Notes: a model not told the origin generated them from the sequence alone. 64,000 bases of DNA from Actinomycetota bacterium (GCA_040757835.1 JBFLWJ010000002.1:127498-191497); one strand, 5' to 3'. Positions 28,599 through 39,020 are shown, counted from the first letter of the stretch. Made by a program: numbers and translations.

Positions 28599-29993
28599 TC
28601 ACGAGAACAGGGCCGCGGCGAACTCCTGGGGATCAAAGGCGTGCAGGTCGTCCACCTTCTCGCCGACCCCGATGAACTTGATCGGTATGCCCAGGTCTCC
28701 AGCGATGGCCACCACGATGCCCCCCTTGGCGGTGCCGTCGAGCTTGGTGAGAACAACCCCGGTCACCTCCACCGCCTCCCCGAACTGCTGCGCCTGGATG
28801 AGTCCGTTCTGGCCGGTGGTGGCGTCGATGACCAGCAAGGTCTCGGTGACCTCGGCATTGCGCTCGGCCACGCGTTTGATCTTCTTCAGTTCCTCCATGA
28901 GGTTGGCCTTGGTGTGGAGTCGCCCGGCGGTGTCGGCGATGACCACGTCGATGTCGCGGGCCAGCGCCGATTCCACGGCATCGTGCACCACGGCGGCGGC
29001 GTCGGCCCCCTGTTTGTGCTTGACGGTATGCACGCCTACCCGCTCTCCCCAGGTCTCGAGCTGCTCTACCCCGGCGGCACGGAAAGTATCGCCCGCCGCC
29101 AGCAATACCCGTTTGCCGTCGCGCCGCAGCAGGTAGGCCAGTTTGGCGATGGTGGTCGTCTTTCCCGTGCCGTTCACCCCCACCACCATGAACACGCTGG
29201 GCCCGGAGATTGAGTATCTCAGCTCCCTGTCTCCCAGATCCAGGGCGTCGGCCAGGACCTCGCGGAAGAGGGCCAGCAGGTCGTCGGGCTCCTTGACCTT
29301 CTCCCGGGCCATGCGTTCCTTCACCCGCTCCACCAGGATCATGGTCATCTCCACACCCACGTCCGCGCCCACCAGGATGTCCTCGACCTCCTCCCAGAAC
29401 TCATCGTCGAAGCGGCGCGACGCCATGGCCTTAGAGAGGGGGGCCACGAAGTTCACGCGGCTCTTGGAAAGCCCCTTGCGCAACCGGGAGAACCAGCGCT
29501 CCTTCTCTTCCTCGGGGGGGAGTGCCTCCTCCGGGATCAGCTCTCCGTCAGTCACCGGCTCACCTTCTCCGGCCGCAACGACGCCCGGCGCTTCCTCGAC
29601 GGCAGCCGCAGCATTCTTCTCGTCGGGCTCGATGACCGCCTCCGCCAGGTAATCCTCCTCCATCATCAGCTCACGCACTTCGCGTGTCATCTCGTCACCC
29701 GGGAGTCCCAGTGAGGTATCCTCCAGGAAGGAAGGTGGCTCCTCCGCTTCCCCGACTTCGACACATTCCTCGACCGCGGGGCCACAGTAGAGGGCTTCGC
29801 CTTCCCCTTCCTCGACATCGGGAAGGTCCTGCAGCTCCTCCAGCGCCTGCTGCTTTTCCCGCTTGCGGGCCTCCTTGAGCTCCCTCTTCTCCTCCTTCAG
29901 GCGGGCCTTTTCCTCTTTCTCCAGCTGCTTGCGCTCTTCTTTTTCTCGCTTCTTCTCTTCCCTGTCCTTTTTTCTGTCCTCGTCCATGCTCAC
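28599..29993 (-). CDS. ftsY: signal recognition particle receptor FtsY
   Basis: Acidic/KE-rich N-terminus, NG domain with 'GVNGTGKTTT' P-loop. Confidence 0.9.
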   Translation of the reverse strand: MSMDEDRKKDREEKKREKEERKQLEKEEKARLKEEKRELKEARKREKQQALEELQDLPDVEEGEGEALYCGPAVEECVEVGEAEEPPSFLEDTSLGLPGDEMTREVRELMMEEDYLAEAVIEPDEKNAAAAVEEAPGVVAAGEGEPVTDGELIPEEALPPEEEKERWFSRLRKGLSKSRVNFVAPLSKAMASRRFDDEFWEEVEDILVGADVGVEMTMILVERVKERMAREKVKEPDDLLALFREVLADALDLGDRELRYSISGPSVFMVVGVNGTGKTTTIAKLAYLLRRDGKRVLLAAGDTFRAAGVEQLETWGERVGVHTVKHKQGADAAAVVHDAVESALARDIDVVIADTAGRLHTKANLMEELKKIKRVAERNAEVTETLLVIDATTGQNGLIQAQQFGEAVEVTGVVLTKLDGTAKGGIVVAIAGDLGIPIKFIGVGEKVDDLHAFDPQEFAAALFS

Positions 29994-30298
29994 CAGCCTC
30001 TGCGTCCGTGACGGTTTTCAATAATCTATCATATCTCAACCCTCGAGCGTCGGTCCTGGAAGACCGGATTTGCCATAGCGATTGCGATCCTGCAGATCCA
30101 ACCTCTCGCTAATGTAATGGCGACCGCGGCCAGTATAAATGCTGGCCCCAGCGCTGCGCATCGCTGGCAGCTCTTGTCGGATATGGCTCAGCCTTGACAT
30201 TCCTCGCCTGCGGCTCGGAACGCAACGCCGAGCCAACCTGGCGGGTTTACAGGTCGGGGTGGTAGTGGGCAGATGGGTGCTGGCATGAGGGTCTGACC

Positions 30299-33200
30299 CT
30301 AGGTGCCGGTGCGGGCGAGGCGCTCCGCCTCGTCGAGCTTCTGGCTGACAACGCGCGAGATGCCGGAGGCCTGCATGGATACTCCGTAGAGGATGTCGGC
30401 GATCTCCATGGTGCGTTTCTGGTGGGTGATCACGATGAGCTGGGAATCACCTTTGAACTCCTTGAGCATGCCAAGGAAGCGATGGAGGTTGACGTCGTCC
30501 AGTGCCGCCTCCACCTCGTCCAGGAAATAGAACGGGCTGGGCCTGGTCTTGAAGATGGCGAAAAGGAAGGCCAGCGAGGTGAGGGAGGTCTCGCCGCCCG
30601 AGAGCAGCGAGAGCTTCTTTAGCCTCTTGCCCCGGGGCTGGGCCTCCACCTCCACCCCCGTGTTGAGCAGGTCGGTGGGGTCGGAGAGGGTCAGCTCCGC
30701 GCGCCCCTGCGGGAAGAGCATCTCGAAAAGCTCCTGGAAGTGGCGGTTCACCTCATCGAAGGTCTCCTGGAAGATGCGCACGATCTCCCGGTCGATGGCA
30801 CGCACCACCTTGAGCAGGGAGGTCTTGCTCTCCCGCAGGTCCTCCACCTGCTCCATAAGAAAATCGTAGCGCTCCTTCATGGCCTGGTATTCCTCCACCG
30901 CACGAAGGTTCACTTGTCCCAGCATGTCGCGGCGGCGTTCCTGCCTTTGCAGCCGCTCTCTCATCTCGTCGGTCGTGGCGGTCGGGAGGTAGTCGGTAAG
31001 GGCGGTCTCCACCGGCAGCTTGAACTCGTCTAGAAGGCGCTGCACCAGCATATCCACGCGCATCTTGAGCTGGGCGGCGGCCAGGTCACGGTTGTGTACC
31101 AGCTCCCGCAACCCTCCCTCGTGCGATTCCAGTTCATCGATGCGCCGGCGCATCGCTTCCAGCTGCCCTTCCTTCTCCTCCAGCTCCTCCCGGCTCTCGG
31201 ACTCACGGCTTCCCACGCGCCCCGCCAACCTGGCATGTACCGCTGTCAGGGTCTCCACCACGGCCAGCATCCTCTCCTGGGCCCGCACCATCACCGCCAG
31301 TTCCTCACGGCCGGGCAGCGGCGGCCCGCCCTCCTCGGCTCCTATCTCCCCGATCCTTTCCTCAAGGTGATGGCGCCTCTCGGCCATGGACGCGCTCCTG
31401 GTAAGCACCTCCTGCAGGGCCTCCTCCAGTTCCCTGTCCCGCTGGCGCAGCCCTTCCACCCGCGACTCCCCCTCTCCCAGCGCGGGCTCCATGCCAGCTA
31501 TTTTCGCGGCACACTCCTCCTGCTGCCGCTCCATGGCCGAGGCCTGGGCGAGCAGGCCGGCCTCTTCCTCCGCCAGGGCGGCGATGCGTGACTCGAGTTC
31601 GGAGAGATCCTCTCCGGCCCGCTCCGCCTGCAGTAGGGATTCGCGTACGTCCAGGGATAGCTTTCCCGCTTCCGCCTCCAGCCCGCTCTCCGCGCCGGCC
31701 GCCTCCTCCAGTTTTCTCTCGAGGGCGGAGATGCCCGCCAGTATGTGCCTGCGCTGCTCCTGCAGCGTCGCCGTCTCGTCCGTATGCACTTCCAGCTCGG
31801 ACTGGAGCCGCTCCATCTCCCGCTTGCGGGCAATGAGACGGAAGGGGCTGCGTGGTTGTGAGCCACCTTTTATGGCGCGGCGCGGCGCGATGACGTCGCC
31901 TTCCGTGGTGATGAAGGTCAGTTTGGGATAGAGCTCGGCGTTCCTGCCCGCCTCGTCCAGGGAACCGCAGAAGACCACGTCCGCCAGGAGGAATTCCAGG
32001 GCTGGCCTTATCTCAGCGCCGCAATCGACCACGTCCAGGGCGGGAGTGCCGCCGGCGACGCGCGCCTGCTCCTTCATCTCCTGCATGGGCTCGGACATGA
32101 TCTCCGAGAGGGGGAGGAAGATGCCGTAGCCCTCCCCGTTCCTCTTGAGCATCCTGATGGCATCGAGGGCGCTCTCCAGGTCCCGGGTGACCACGCAGAA
32201 CAGCCACGGTCCCAGGAAGGACTCAAGCGCTTTCTCCCAGGCGCCGTCTATCTTGATATTGTCCAGCAGCGTGCCCAGGATACGGGGGTCGTCTCCGCCT
32301 TCGCCCATCACCCTCGCGGCGGCCGCGGCGTAGTCGATGCGCGATCCGAAGACCTCCTGCAGGGCCTGCAGCCTCGCCACCACCAGGGCTTCGTCCTGGA
32401 ACGACCTCCTCTGCCTCTCCTCGACGGCCGTGAGTTCCCCGCGCAGACGCTCGAGTCCGACGCGGTCCTGACTCATCTCCTCCCGCAGGCGCTCCTGGCG
32501 CGCGCGGACCCCGGCCAGCTCTCTCTCCAGCGCGGTCCCAACCTGCCGGATCGCTCCCAGCTCCTTATCCAGGCCTTCACGCCGTGAAACGAGCCTCCCC
32601 GCCTCCTCACGGCAGGCGGTGGCCCTGGAGAGCACCCGCTCGGACCCGTCCCGCAACCCGCGCTCCTCCTGGCGCAACTCGGACAGGGCACGCCGCAGCG
32701 CGTCGCGCTCCCGCCGCACCTGTGCGAGCTCCCGGCCCAGCTCTTTTCGCTCCCCGCGCAACCTATCCGCCTCTACCTCCAGGGCGGCCAGCTCCACCTC
32801 GGCGTTGGCCTTTTCCTCCTCGAGTTCACCACGCCTGCGCGCCAGCTCCTCGCGGCGCGATCTCCAGCCGTCCCGGTAAGCGATGTCCCCGCTCAAGGCC
32901 GCGTATAGCTTGAGCCTCTCCTCTCCCAGGCTCCCGCACGCGCGCAACCTCTCGCCCAGGGACAGCAGGCGCATCTCCTGCCCCCGGCATCCTTCCAGAA
33001 CGCGGCGCAGTTCCCGCAGCCTCTCCTCCAGTCCTGCCAGGCGCCCCTTTCCCTCCCGGACCTGCGATGAGGTCTCCTCCAGTTCACTGGCCAGCCTCTC
33101 CTCCTCACCGCGCCGGTTCTCCCACTGGCCTTTCAGTCCCTGGAGCTCCGCCACCAGGATACGTATGGACAGCTCTCTTATCTCCGAGGCCAGCTCGCCG

Positions 33201-33844
33201 TACTCGCGCGCCTGCTGGGCCTGCCTTTCCAGGGGACGCAGCTGCTTATTGACCTCGGAGATGATGTCTTTCACCCGCTCCAGGTTGCGCTCCATCCCCT
33301 CCATCTTGCGCAGGGCTTTCTCTTTGCGCCGGCGATGCTTGCGCAGCCCCGCCGCTTCCTCCAGGAAAGCACGGCGGTCCTCGGGCTGGCTGCGCAGGAT
33401 CGCCTCCAGCTTGTTCTGGCCGATCACCGCCGTGAGCTCCCGGCCCACCCCCAGGTCTGAGAGGAGTTCCTGGATATCCACGAGACGGCAGGGCGACTTG
33501 TTCAAGAGGTATTCGCTCTCGCCGGTGCGGAAGATGCGCCGGGTCACCACCACCTCGGGGAAATCGATGGCAAGACCGCCGGCACGGTTGTCGAAGGAGA
33601 GGGAGACCTCCGCCATGTTCAGCGGCTGGCGGGTGGCACTCCCCGCGAAGATCACGTCCTCCATCTTTGTCCCGCGCAGGTTACGCGGGCTCTGCTCGCC
33701 CAGCACCCACAGCACCGCATCGGCCACGTTGCTCTTGCCGCTGCCGTTGGGGCCGACGATCACCGAGATGCCGGGCTCGAAGTCCAGGGTGGCCTTGTCG
33801 GCGAAGGACTTGAAACCTCTCGCGGTCAAAGATTTGAGATACAT
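30299..33844 (-). CDS. smc: chromosome segregation protein SMC
   Basis: 1181 aa. N-terminal Walker A 'GPNGSGKSN', long coiled coils, hinge, C-terminal 'LSGGE' signature and Walker B. Confidence 0.95.
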   Translation of the reverse strand: MYLKSLTARGFKSFADKATLDFEPGISVIVGPNGSGKSNVADAVLWVLGEQSPRNLRGTKMEDVIFAGSATRQPLNMAEVSLSFDNRAGGLAIDFPEVVVTRRIFRTGESEYLLNKSPCRLVDIQELLSDLGVGRELTAVIGQNKLEAILRSQPEDRRAFLEEAAGLRKHRRRKEKALRKMEGMERNLERVKDIISEVNKQLRPLERQAQQAREYGELASEIRELSIRILVAELQGLKGQWENRRGEEERLASELEETSSQVREGKGRLAGLEERLRELRRVLEGCRGQEMRLLSLGERLRACGSLGEERLKLYAALSGDIAYRDGWRSRREELARRRGELEEEKANAEVELAALEVEADRLRGERKELGRELAQVRRERDALRRALSELRQEERGLRDGSERVLSRATACREEAGRLVSRREGLDKELGAIRQVGTALERELAGVRARQERLREEMSQDRVGLERLRGELTAVEERQRRSFQDEALVVARLQALQEVFGSRIDYAAAAARVMGEGGDDPRILGTLLDNIKIDGAWEKALESFLGPWLFCVVTRDLESALDAIRMLKRNGEGYGIFLPLSEIMSEPMQEMKEQARVAGGTPALDVVDCGAEIRPALEFLLADVVFCGSLDEAGRNAELYPKLTFITTEGDVIAPRRAIKGGSQPRSPFRLIARKREMERLQSELEVHTDETATLQEQRRHILAGISALERKLEEAAGAESGLEAEAGKLSLDVRESLLQAERAGEDLSELESRIAALAEEEAGLLAQASAMERQQEECAAKIAGMEPALGEGESRVEGLRQRDRELEEALQEVLTRSASMAERRHHLEERIGEIGAEEGGPPLPGREELAVMVRAQERMLAVVETLTAVHARLAGRVGSRESESREELEEKEGQLEAMRRRIDELESHEGGLRELVHNRDLAAAQLKMRVDMLVQRLLDEFKLPVETALTDYLPTATTDEMRERLQRQERRRDMLGQVNLRAVEEYQAMKERYDFLMEQVEDLRESKTSLLKVVRAIDREIVRIFQETFDEVNRHFQELFEMLFPQGRAELTLSDPTDLLNTGVEVEAQPRGKRLKKLSLLSGGETSLTSLAFLFAIFKTRPSPFYFLDEVEAALDDVNLHRFLGMLKEFKGDSQLIVITHQKRTMEIADILYGVSMQASGISRVVSQKLDEAERLARTGT

Positions 33845-34107
33845 CCCTGCCTTGCTCTCCTCTTTGCTCCTTACGGAAACGGTTTTCCTGATATTTTTCT
33901 CCCTCCGCCTCTCTTTACCCTTTCAAGACGGAGCGAAAGCACGTATGGCCGTGTCCTCCTTAATGGATACAACATCGCGCCGGCAAAGGCCAGATATCCC
34001 CGCCGGCATAGCGCATGGCTGCAGCTGTTGGAGGAGGCGGGGATATGACGATCACAGGCACAGGGAGCGGTATGTCCCGCCCCCTGTCCGATCAGGCTCC
34101 GGTGCGG

Positions 34108-34956
34108 TCAGTCTATCGGACAGAAGCCTATCCCGACTGTCCCGGGACCGACGTGAGAACCGATAACGGGGCCGGTTTCGTTAAAAGTTATGGCCTCCGG
34201 ATCGCAGTTAAGCGCCTTCTCCGCCATCTCCCTGAGCTCGTTCATCCTGGGGACGTCGCGTACGTGGGTCAGGGTCAAGAGCACCTTGCGGTTCGCCGCT
34301 TTCTCCACCGCCAGCTCCACCAGGCGCTCCAGGGCCTTCTTGCTCCCCCTGGCCTTGTCCAGGGCATCGATGGTGCCATCGAGATACAGTATCGGCTTGA
34401 TGCGCAGCATGGAGCCCATGAGTGCCTGGGCACCGCCGATCCTGCCGCCGCGGTGCAGGTACTCCAGGGTGTCAACGCAGAACATCTCCACGCTTCCAGA
34501 GATCATCTTAGCGGCCAGGGATTTCAGCTCTTCCATGCCCATGCCCGCGTCCCGCGCCTTCACCAGCTCGCGCACGAAGAGCATGAGCACAAAACCGGTG
34601 AAGCGGGAATCGATGACCTCTATCGGATAACCTCCCATCTCCGCGGCGGCGGTCATGGCCGACTCGCAGGTGCCGCTGATGCCGGCCGAGATGTGGATGC
34701 TGATCAGCGCATCGTAGCGGGCGGACATCTCCTGGTAGGCCTCCAGGAACTCGCCCGCGGACGGCTGCGACGTGGTGGGAAAGATATCCTGCTCCTCCAT
34801 GCGCCGGTAGAACTCGTCGTTGCTTATGTCTATTCCCTCCCTGTAGGACACATCATCCATGATGACCTTCAGGGGCACCACCTTGATGTCGTTCTTCTGG
34901 ACGTAATCCTCGTCCAGGTAAGCGGTCGAGTCCGTCACGATACCTATGCCAGCCAT
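34108..34956 (-). CDS. DegV-family fatty-acid-binding protein
   Basis: 'IGIVTDSTAYL' DegV N-terminus, 282 aa. Confidence 0.85.
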   Translation of the reverse strand: MAGIGIVTDSTAYLDEDYVQKNDIKVVPLKVIMDDVSYREGIDISNDEFYRRMEEQDIFPTTSQPSAGEFLEAYQEMSARYDALISIHISAGISGTCESAMTAAAEMGGYPIEVIDSRFTGFVLMLFVRELVKARDAGMGMEELKSLAAKMISGSVEMFCVDTLEYLHRGGRIGGAQALMGSMLRIKPILYLDGTIDALDKARGSKKALERLVELAVEKAANRKVLLTLTHVRDVPRMNELREMAEKALNCDPEAITFNETGPVIGSHVGPGTVGIGFCPID

Positions 34957-34996
34957 TGCAATCCCCCCTCTTTCAGGTACGATCGTCCATTACCCT

Positions 34997-35701
34997 CTAG
35001 CCGCACAAGCGGTCCAAAGCTTCCCTGGCCGCCGCCTGCTCTGCTTCCTTTTTTGAGCTCCCGCTCCCCTGCCCCATCTTCTCGCTGGCTATATACACGA
35101 CGGCATGGAAGGTCTTGCGGTGGTCGGGGCCCTCCTCGCGCAGGCGGTAGCGCGGCAAGGTGCCCTTCTCTTTCACCACCATCTCCTGCAGCCGCGATTT
35201 GAAATCATAATCCAGGGTGCCGCTGACCGCGTCCTCGAGCCTCTTCTCGAACAGCCTAAGACACAGACTGCCCGCCTCGTCAAGCCCTCGGTCGAGGTAG
35301 ACCGCGCCGATGAGGGCTTCCAGCGCATCGGCGATTATCGAGGCCTTCTCGCTTCCGCCGTCCGCCTTCTCTTCCTTGCTCAGCAGGATGTACTGCCCGA
35401 TGCCGGCCTCGCGGGCGGTCTCGGCCAGGGAGCTCATGTTCACGAGGTTAGCCCTGATACGCGTCAGGTCCCCCTCGTTCAGTTCGGGGTGCTTGCGGTA
35501 AAGATGGTCGGAGACCACCACGTCGAGGACGGCGTCGCCCAGGAATTCCAGCCTCTCATAGGTCGCATCGGGCGGGAAACAGGCCTCGTGGGCGTAGGAA
35601 CGGTGGGTGAGGGCACGCTGCAGCAGCTCCTTGTCGCGGAAGTCCAATCCCAGCGCCATCTCCACCTCCCCCCTCCTCTCCTTCTTGCGCCTGAAGATCA
35701 T
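34997..35701 (-). CDS. rnc: ribonuclease III
   Basis: 'ALTHRSYAHE…ERLEFLGDAVL' RNase III signature plus C-terminal dsRBD. Confidence 0.9.
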   Translation of the reverse strand: MIFRRKKERRGEVEMALGLDFRDKELLQRALTHRSYAHEACFPPDATYERLEFLGDAVLDVVVSDHLYRKHPELNEGDLTRIRANLVNMSSLAETAREAGIGQYILLSKEEKADGGSEKASIIADALEALIGAVYLDRGLDEAGSLCLRLFEKRLEDAVSGTLDYDFKSRLQEMVVKEKGTLPRYRLREEGPDHRKTFHAVVYIASEKMGQGSGSSKKEAEQAAAREALDRLCG

Positions 35702-36711
35702 GCCCCGCTCCCTTTTTCGGGCGCGAGCAGGGCCGCGGTCTTCTCCACCACGTTCATCTCCACGGCCTCGGCCGCGACGCGGATGGAGTTCTTGACGGCC
35801 TCCGCGTCAGAGCTCCCGTGGGCGATGATGCACACGCCCCTTACCCCCAGCAGGGGAGCGCCGCCGATGGCACGGTAATCGAGTTCCTTCCGCAGCGCCA
35901 GCAAAGCCGGTAGCACCGGCTGCACCTCCTCCTCCCGCAGCGAGCCCAGGTTCTCCAGGAGCTGCCTGGTGATAAGGGAAGCGACACCCTCCACCACCTT
36001 CAGGGTGACGTTGCCGGTGAACCCGTCTGTCACCACCACGTCCGCCATGTCTCCGGCCAGATCCCTGCCCTCCACGTTGCCGACGAAATCTATCCTGTCT
36101 TCGGAGGACAGCAGCGGGAATGCCTCCCGCGCCAGTTCGTTGCCCTTGGATTCCTCGGCCCCGATGTTCAGGAGCCCGACCCTGGGCCTTTCCAGACCGA
36201 AGCGCAGGGATGCGTAGGCGCTGCCCAGGAGCGCGAACTGGTGCAGGTGCTCCGGCCGGCAGTCGGAGTTGGCGCCGGCATCCAGGAGCAGGGTAGGCAT
36301 GCGCCGGGGCGGCAGGACCACCGCCACGGCGGGACGCTTGATACCCTTGATCCTTCCCCAGGAGAAGAAGGCCGCGGCCATGGCCGCGCCGGTGTTTCCC
36401 GCCGACACCATGGCTTCCGCCCTGCCCTCGCGTACCGCCTTGGCCGCGACGACGATGGACGCACCCTCGCGGTTCTTCACCGCGAAGGCCCCTTCCTCTC
36501 CCATGGCCACCGCGTCGGGGGCGTGCACCACCTCCAGGCTTGCGCGGCCGGTGGTGGCCATCTCAGCGTCGAGGACGGCCTCGTCTCCGACCAGAAGCAC
36601 ATCCAGCCCCAGTTCGTCGCGGGCATCCATGGCCCCGAGGATGTTTGACGCCGGGGCGTTATCTCCGCCCATGGCATCCAGCGCCACGGTTATCCCTCTA
36701 CGAACAGCCAT
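35698..36711 (-). CDS. plsX: phosphate acyltransferase PlsX
   Basis: 'ITVALDAMGGDNAP' PlsX N-terminus. Start trimmed (track ORF to 36756). Confidence 0.9.
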   Translation of the reverse strand: MAVRRGITVALDAMGGDNAPASNILGAMDARDELGLDVLLVGDEAVLDAEMATTGRASLEVVHAPDAVAMGEEGAFAVKNREGASIVVAAKAVREGRAEAMVSAGNTGAAMAAAFFSWGRIKGIKRPAVAVVLPPRRMPTLLLDAGANSDCRPEHLHQFALLGSAYASLRFGLERPRVGLLNIGAEESKGNELAREAFPLLSSEDRIDFVGNVEGRDLAGDMADVVVTDGFTGNVTLKVVEGVASLITRQLLENLGSLREEEVQPVLPALLALRKELDYRAIGGAPLLGVRGVCIIAHGSSDAEAVKNSIRVAAEAVEMNVVEKTAALLAPEKGSGA

Positions 36712-36866
36712 AACGTCCTCTCCGCGGGTCGTTCCTCTCCAGGCTCCATACCCCATGAAACAGTGGGATCGGAATTATGGGACCGGATCGCTCAAGGGTA
36801 CATATTGATAAGACCCCTGGAGCCAGAGGCCTCTGCCTGCGCTCGAGAAAGCATGAGTGCCTGGGG

Positions 36867-37043
36867 CTACTCCGTCTCCAGCACTTCCCTGCCGTTATAG
36901 GTGCCACAGTTGGGGCATGCCCTGTGGGGCAGTCTAGGGGAATGACACTGCGGGCATTCCGACTTCGCCGGCACCTGTATGCCCCACCTCGCGCGCCTGG
37001 ATGCGGTGCGCGAACGTGACTTCTTACGCTTGGGGACCGCCAT
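36867..37043 (-). CDS. rpmF: 50S ribosomal protein L32
   Basis: Absent from the ORF track. Hand translation gives 58 aa MAVPKRKKSRSRTASRRARW…CPQCHSPRLPHRACPNCGTYNGREV with a Cys4 zinc ribbon. Canonical plsX–rpmF–yceD order. Confidence 0.85.
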   Translation of the reverse strand: MAVPKRKKSRSRTASRRARWGIQVPAKSECPQCHSPRLPHRACPNCGTYNGREVLETE

Positions 37044-37142
37044 TTCTTCCCTCCGCCAAAACCTTCATCTATCTGCATTTCTCTCTCTGAAAAGCACCAT
37101 AAGAGTATATGCTCGCGTTCGCTCGCGGTCAAGCGAGTCCCG

Positions 37143-37724
37143 CTAAGCCTGGTCATCCCCGCGCTCCATAAGCGTCCTCAGGACCTCCAGGCGGGGGTCC
37201 AGACTCTCGCCCCCGCAATCGCACTCCCCTTCGTTCAGGTTGACGCCGCAGTGCTGGCACAGGCCCTTGCAGTCCTCTTCGCACAGGCGCCTGATGGGGA
37301 GGTTCAGCAGCACCGCGTCATTTACCAGCACGTTCAGATCGATTTCTCCCTCGTCTATTATGTACGCGTCTTCTTCCAGGACTTCCGTTCCCGGCAGCTC
37401 CCTGCCGTTGCTGGAGAGTGCGCCCATACCGGGGCGCCGGTAGAACTCGTCCACCGCGATATCCAGTTCCCGGCGGAACCCCTCCAGGCAGCGGGTACAC
37501 TCCATTGCCACGGAACCCTTGATGACCCCTTTTACCCGTATACCGTCAGGGCTGCTCTCCAGCCATACCTCCAGCCTGAGATCCCCATGGTCGCTCTTCT
37601 CAAGAAGCCCACCCCCCCCCACGGAGATATCCAGGTTGACGCAGAACCTCTCCTTCGAAAACACCCTTCTGAGCAGGTTGGTTACAGGCACTTTGAGCTG
37701 GCGTGAATTGAGTTTTCCCGTCAT
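37143..37724 (-). CDS. yceD: YceD/DUF177-family protein
   Basis: C-terminal Cys-rich 'CEEDCKGLCQHCGVNLNEGECDCG' and DUF177 architecture. Start trimmed to Met-41. Confidence 0.75.
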   Translation of the reverse strand: MTGKLNSRQLKVPVTNLLRRVFSKERFCVNLDISVGGGGLLEKSDHGDLRLEVWLESSPDGIRVKGVIKGSVAMECTRCLEGFRRELDIAVDEFYRRPGMGALSSNGRELPGTEVLEEDAYIIDEGEIDLNVLVNDAVLLNLPIRRLCEEDCKGLCQHCGVNLNEGECDCGGESLDPRLEVLRTLMERGDDQA

Positions 37725-37994
37725 CTTGCACCGCCTTGCCTCAACGGACTCGATGCCTCGGCCCCTCCATACCCCGCCGTTGTGGCTCCGCACCGGTGCT
37801 GCACCGATGTAAACACGGGCCCCTTGCGGGCTCGTGAGTCTCATGCGTATTCCGGTTCGCGAAAATCACAGCGATGAGCTTTAACGTGGGCATGGATTAC
37901 TGCGGGATACTGTCAGTTTACGCCGGGATGGTCTGCTTTCCCAGCATCCCGTCCACGGCCGCCGTGAGTTCCCTGGTGGCCGAGGTCCCGGCCT

Positions 37995-38477
37995 TTATTC
38001 CAGGTCGAACTCCTCTTTCTCTTCCTCCTGCTCGGGAGGGCCCTGCAGCCTCTCCCTGGCCCGCTTGATCACCTCGAGGAGCTTGTAGCACGTGACCTCC
38101 AGGTTGGCCAGGCGCTCATCGGCGTAATCCTCCGCCTCCAGGCGTATCTCCCTCGATTGCGCCTGGGCGTCCTCAATGATCCTCTCCGCTTCAGCCCGGG
38201 CCGTCTTGATGATCTCCGTCTCCTCGATCAGGCGCGCCCTCTCCTCCATGGCCTCCTCATGGATGCGCTCGGACTCTTTGCGCGCCTCGTCCATGAGTTC
38301 CTGCTTCTCCTTGACCATCCAGCGCGCCTGCTTCAATTCCTCCGGCAACGAGCTGCGGAACTCGTCCAGGAGCTCGAATATCTCCGTCTCGTTGACCATC
38401 ACGGAAGAGGAGAACGGCACGTGTTTGCTGGATACGATGAGGTCCTCTATCCTGTCCAGTTGTTGAAAGACGTCCAT
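37995..38477 (-). CDS. acidic coiled-coil protein (ATP-synthase-b-like / DivIVA-like), unknown function
   Basis: 160 aa, predominantly E/R/K-rich heptad-like sequence. Starts 1 codon after the coaD stop in the same frame. Confidence 0.3.
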   Translation of the reverse strand: MDVFQQLDRIEDLIVSSKHVPFSSSVMVNETEIFELLDEFRSSLPEELKQARWMVKEKQELMDEARKESERIHEEAMEERARLIEETEIIKTARAEAERIIEDAQAQSREIRLEAEDYADERLANLEVTCYKLLEVIKRARERLQGPPEQEEEKEEFDLE

Positions 38478-38993
38478 CTAGACCGCCCCTTTCTTCAACA
38501 TGTCGAATTTCTTGTTGAACATCTCGCCAAGCTCCTTCTCCAGGTTCGCAGGTACCAGCCCGGTTATGGAGCCTCCGTATGCTGCTACCTCACGTACCGC
38601 GCTTGAGCTGATAAACGTGTACTCCGGTGCGGCCATGACGAAAAACGTCTCTATCTCTTCGCCCATGGCCTGATTGATCTGTGACATCTGGAACTCATAT
38701 TCGAAATCACTGATGGCCCTCAAGCCCTTGACGATGACCGTAGCGCCGACCTTGCGGGCGAAATCGACCAAGAGGGTATCGAAGGACGTCACCTCGACGC
38801 CATCCAACCCCGCGGTGGCCTTCTCCAGCAAAGAGACCCTCTCCTCCACGTTGAACAGGGGCTGTTTAAAGGGGTTGACCGCTACGGCCACGATAAAGCG
38901 GTCGAAGTGCCTGTACGATCTTGTGATCACGTCCATGTGGCCGCAGGTGATGGGGTCGAAAGTCCCCGGGCAGATCGCGACTTTGGCGTCTAT
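38478..38993 (-). CDS. coaD: phosphopantetheine adenylyltransferase, with proposed non-ATG (ATA) start
   Basis: Track ORF starts at ATG 38936 ('MDVITRS'). The essential nucleotidyltransferase motif 'ICPGTFDPITCGH' is encoded in-frame just upstream of that ATG. The only plausible initiator is ATA at 38991-38993, preceded by SD GGAGGAGGG (6-nt spacer), giving 'MDAKVAICPGTFDPITCGH…' (171 aa). Confidence 0.7.
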   Translation of the reverse strand: MDAKVAICPGTFDPITCGHMDVITRSYRHFDRFIVAVAVNPFKQPLFNVEERVSLLEKATAGLDGVEVTSFDTLLVDFARKVGATVIVKGLRAISDFEYEFQMSQINQAMGEEIETFFVMAAPEYTFISSSAVREVAAYGGSITGLVPANLEKELGEMFNKKFDMLKKGAV

Positions 38994-39020
38994 TGCAGCC
39001 CCTCCTCCACTTACGCTGTT

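Noticed and set aside
30036-30236. 66-aa ORF in the smc–ftsY gap
   Set aside because: Arg-rich low-complexity translation, no start context, no family resemblance.
37725-37994. 270-bp gap between yceD and the coiled-coil gene as an ncRNA locus
   Set aside because: Only weak hairpins (CGGGATG/CATCCCG; CACGGGCCC/GGGCTCGTG) without U-tracts or recognisable motifs. There is not enough to call.
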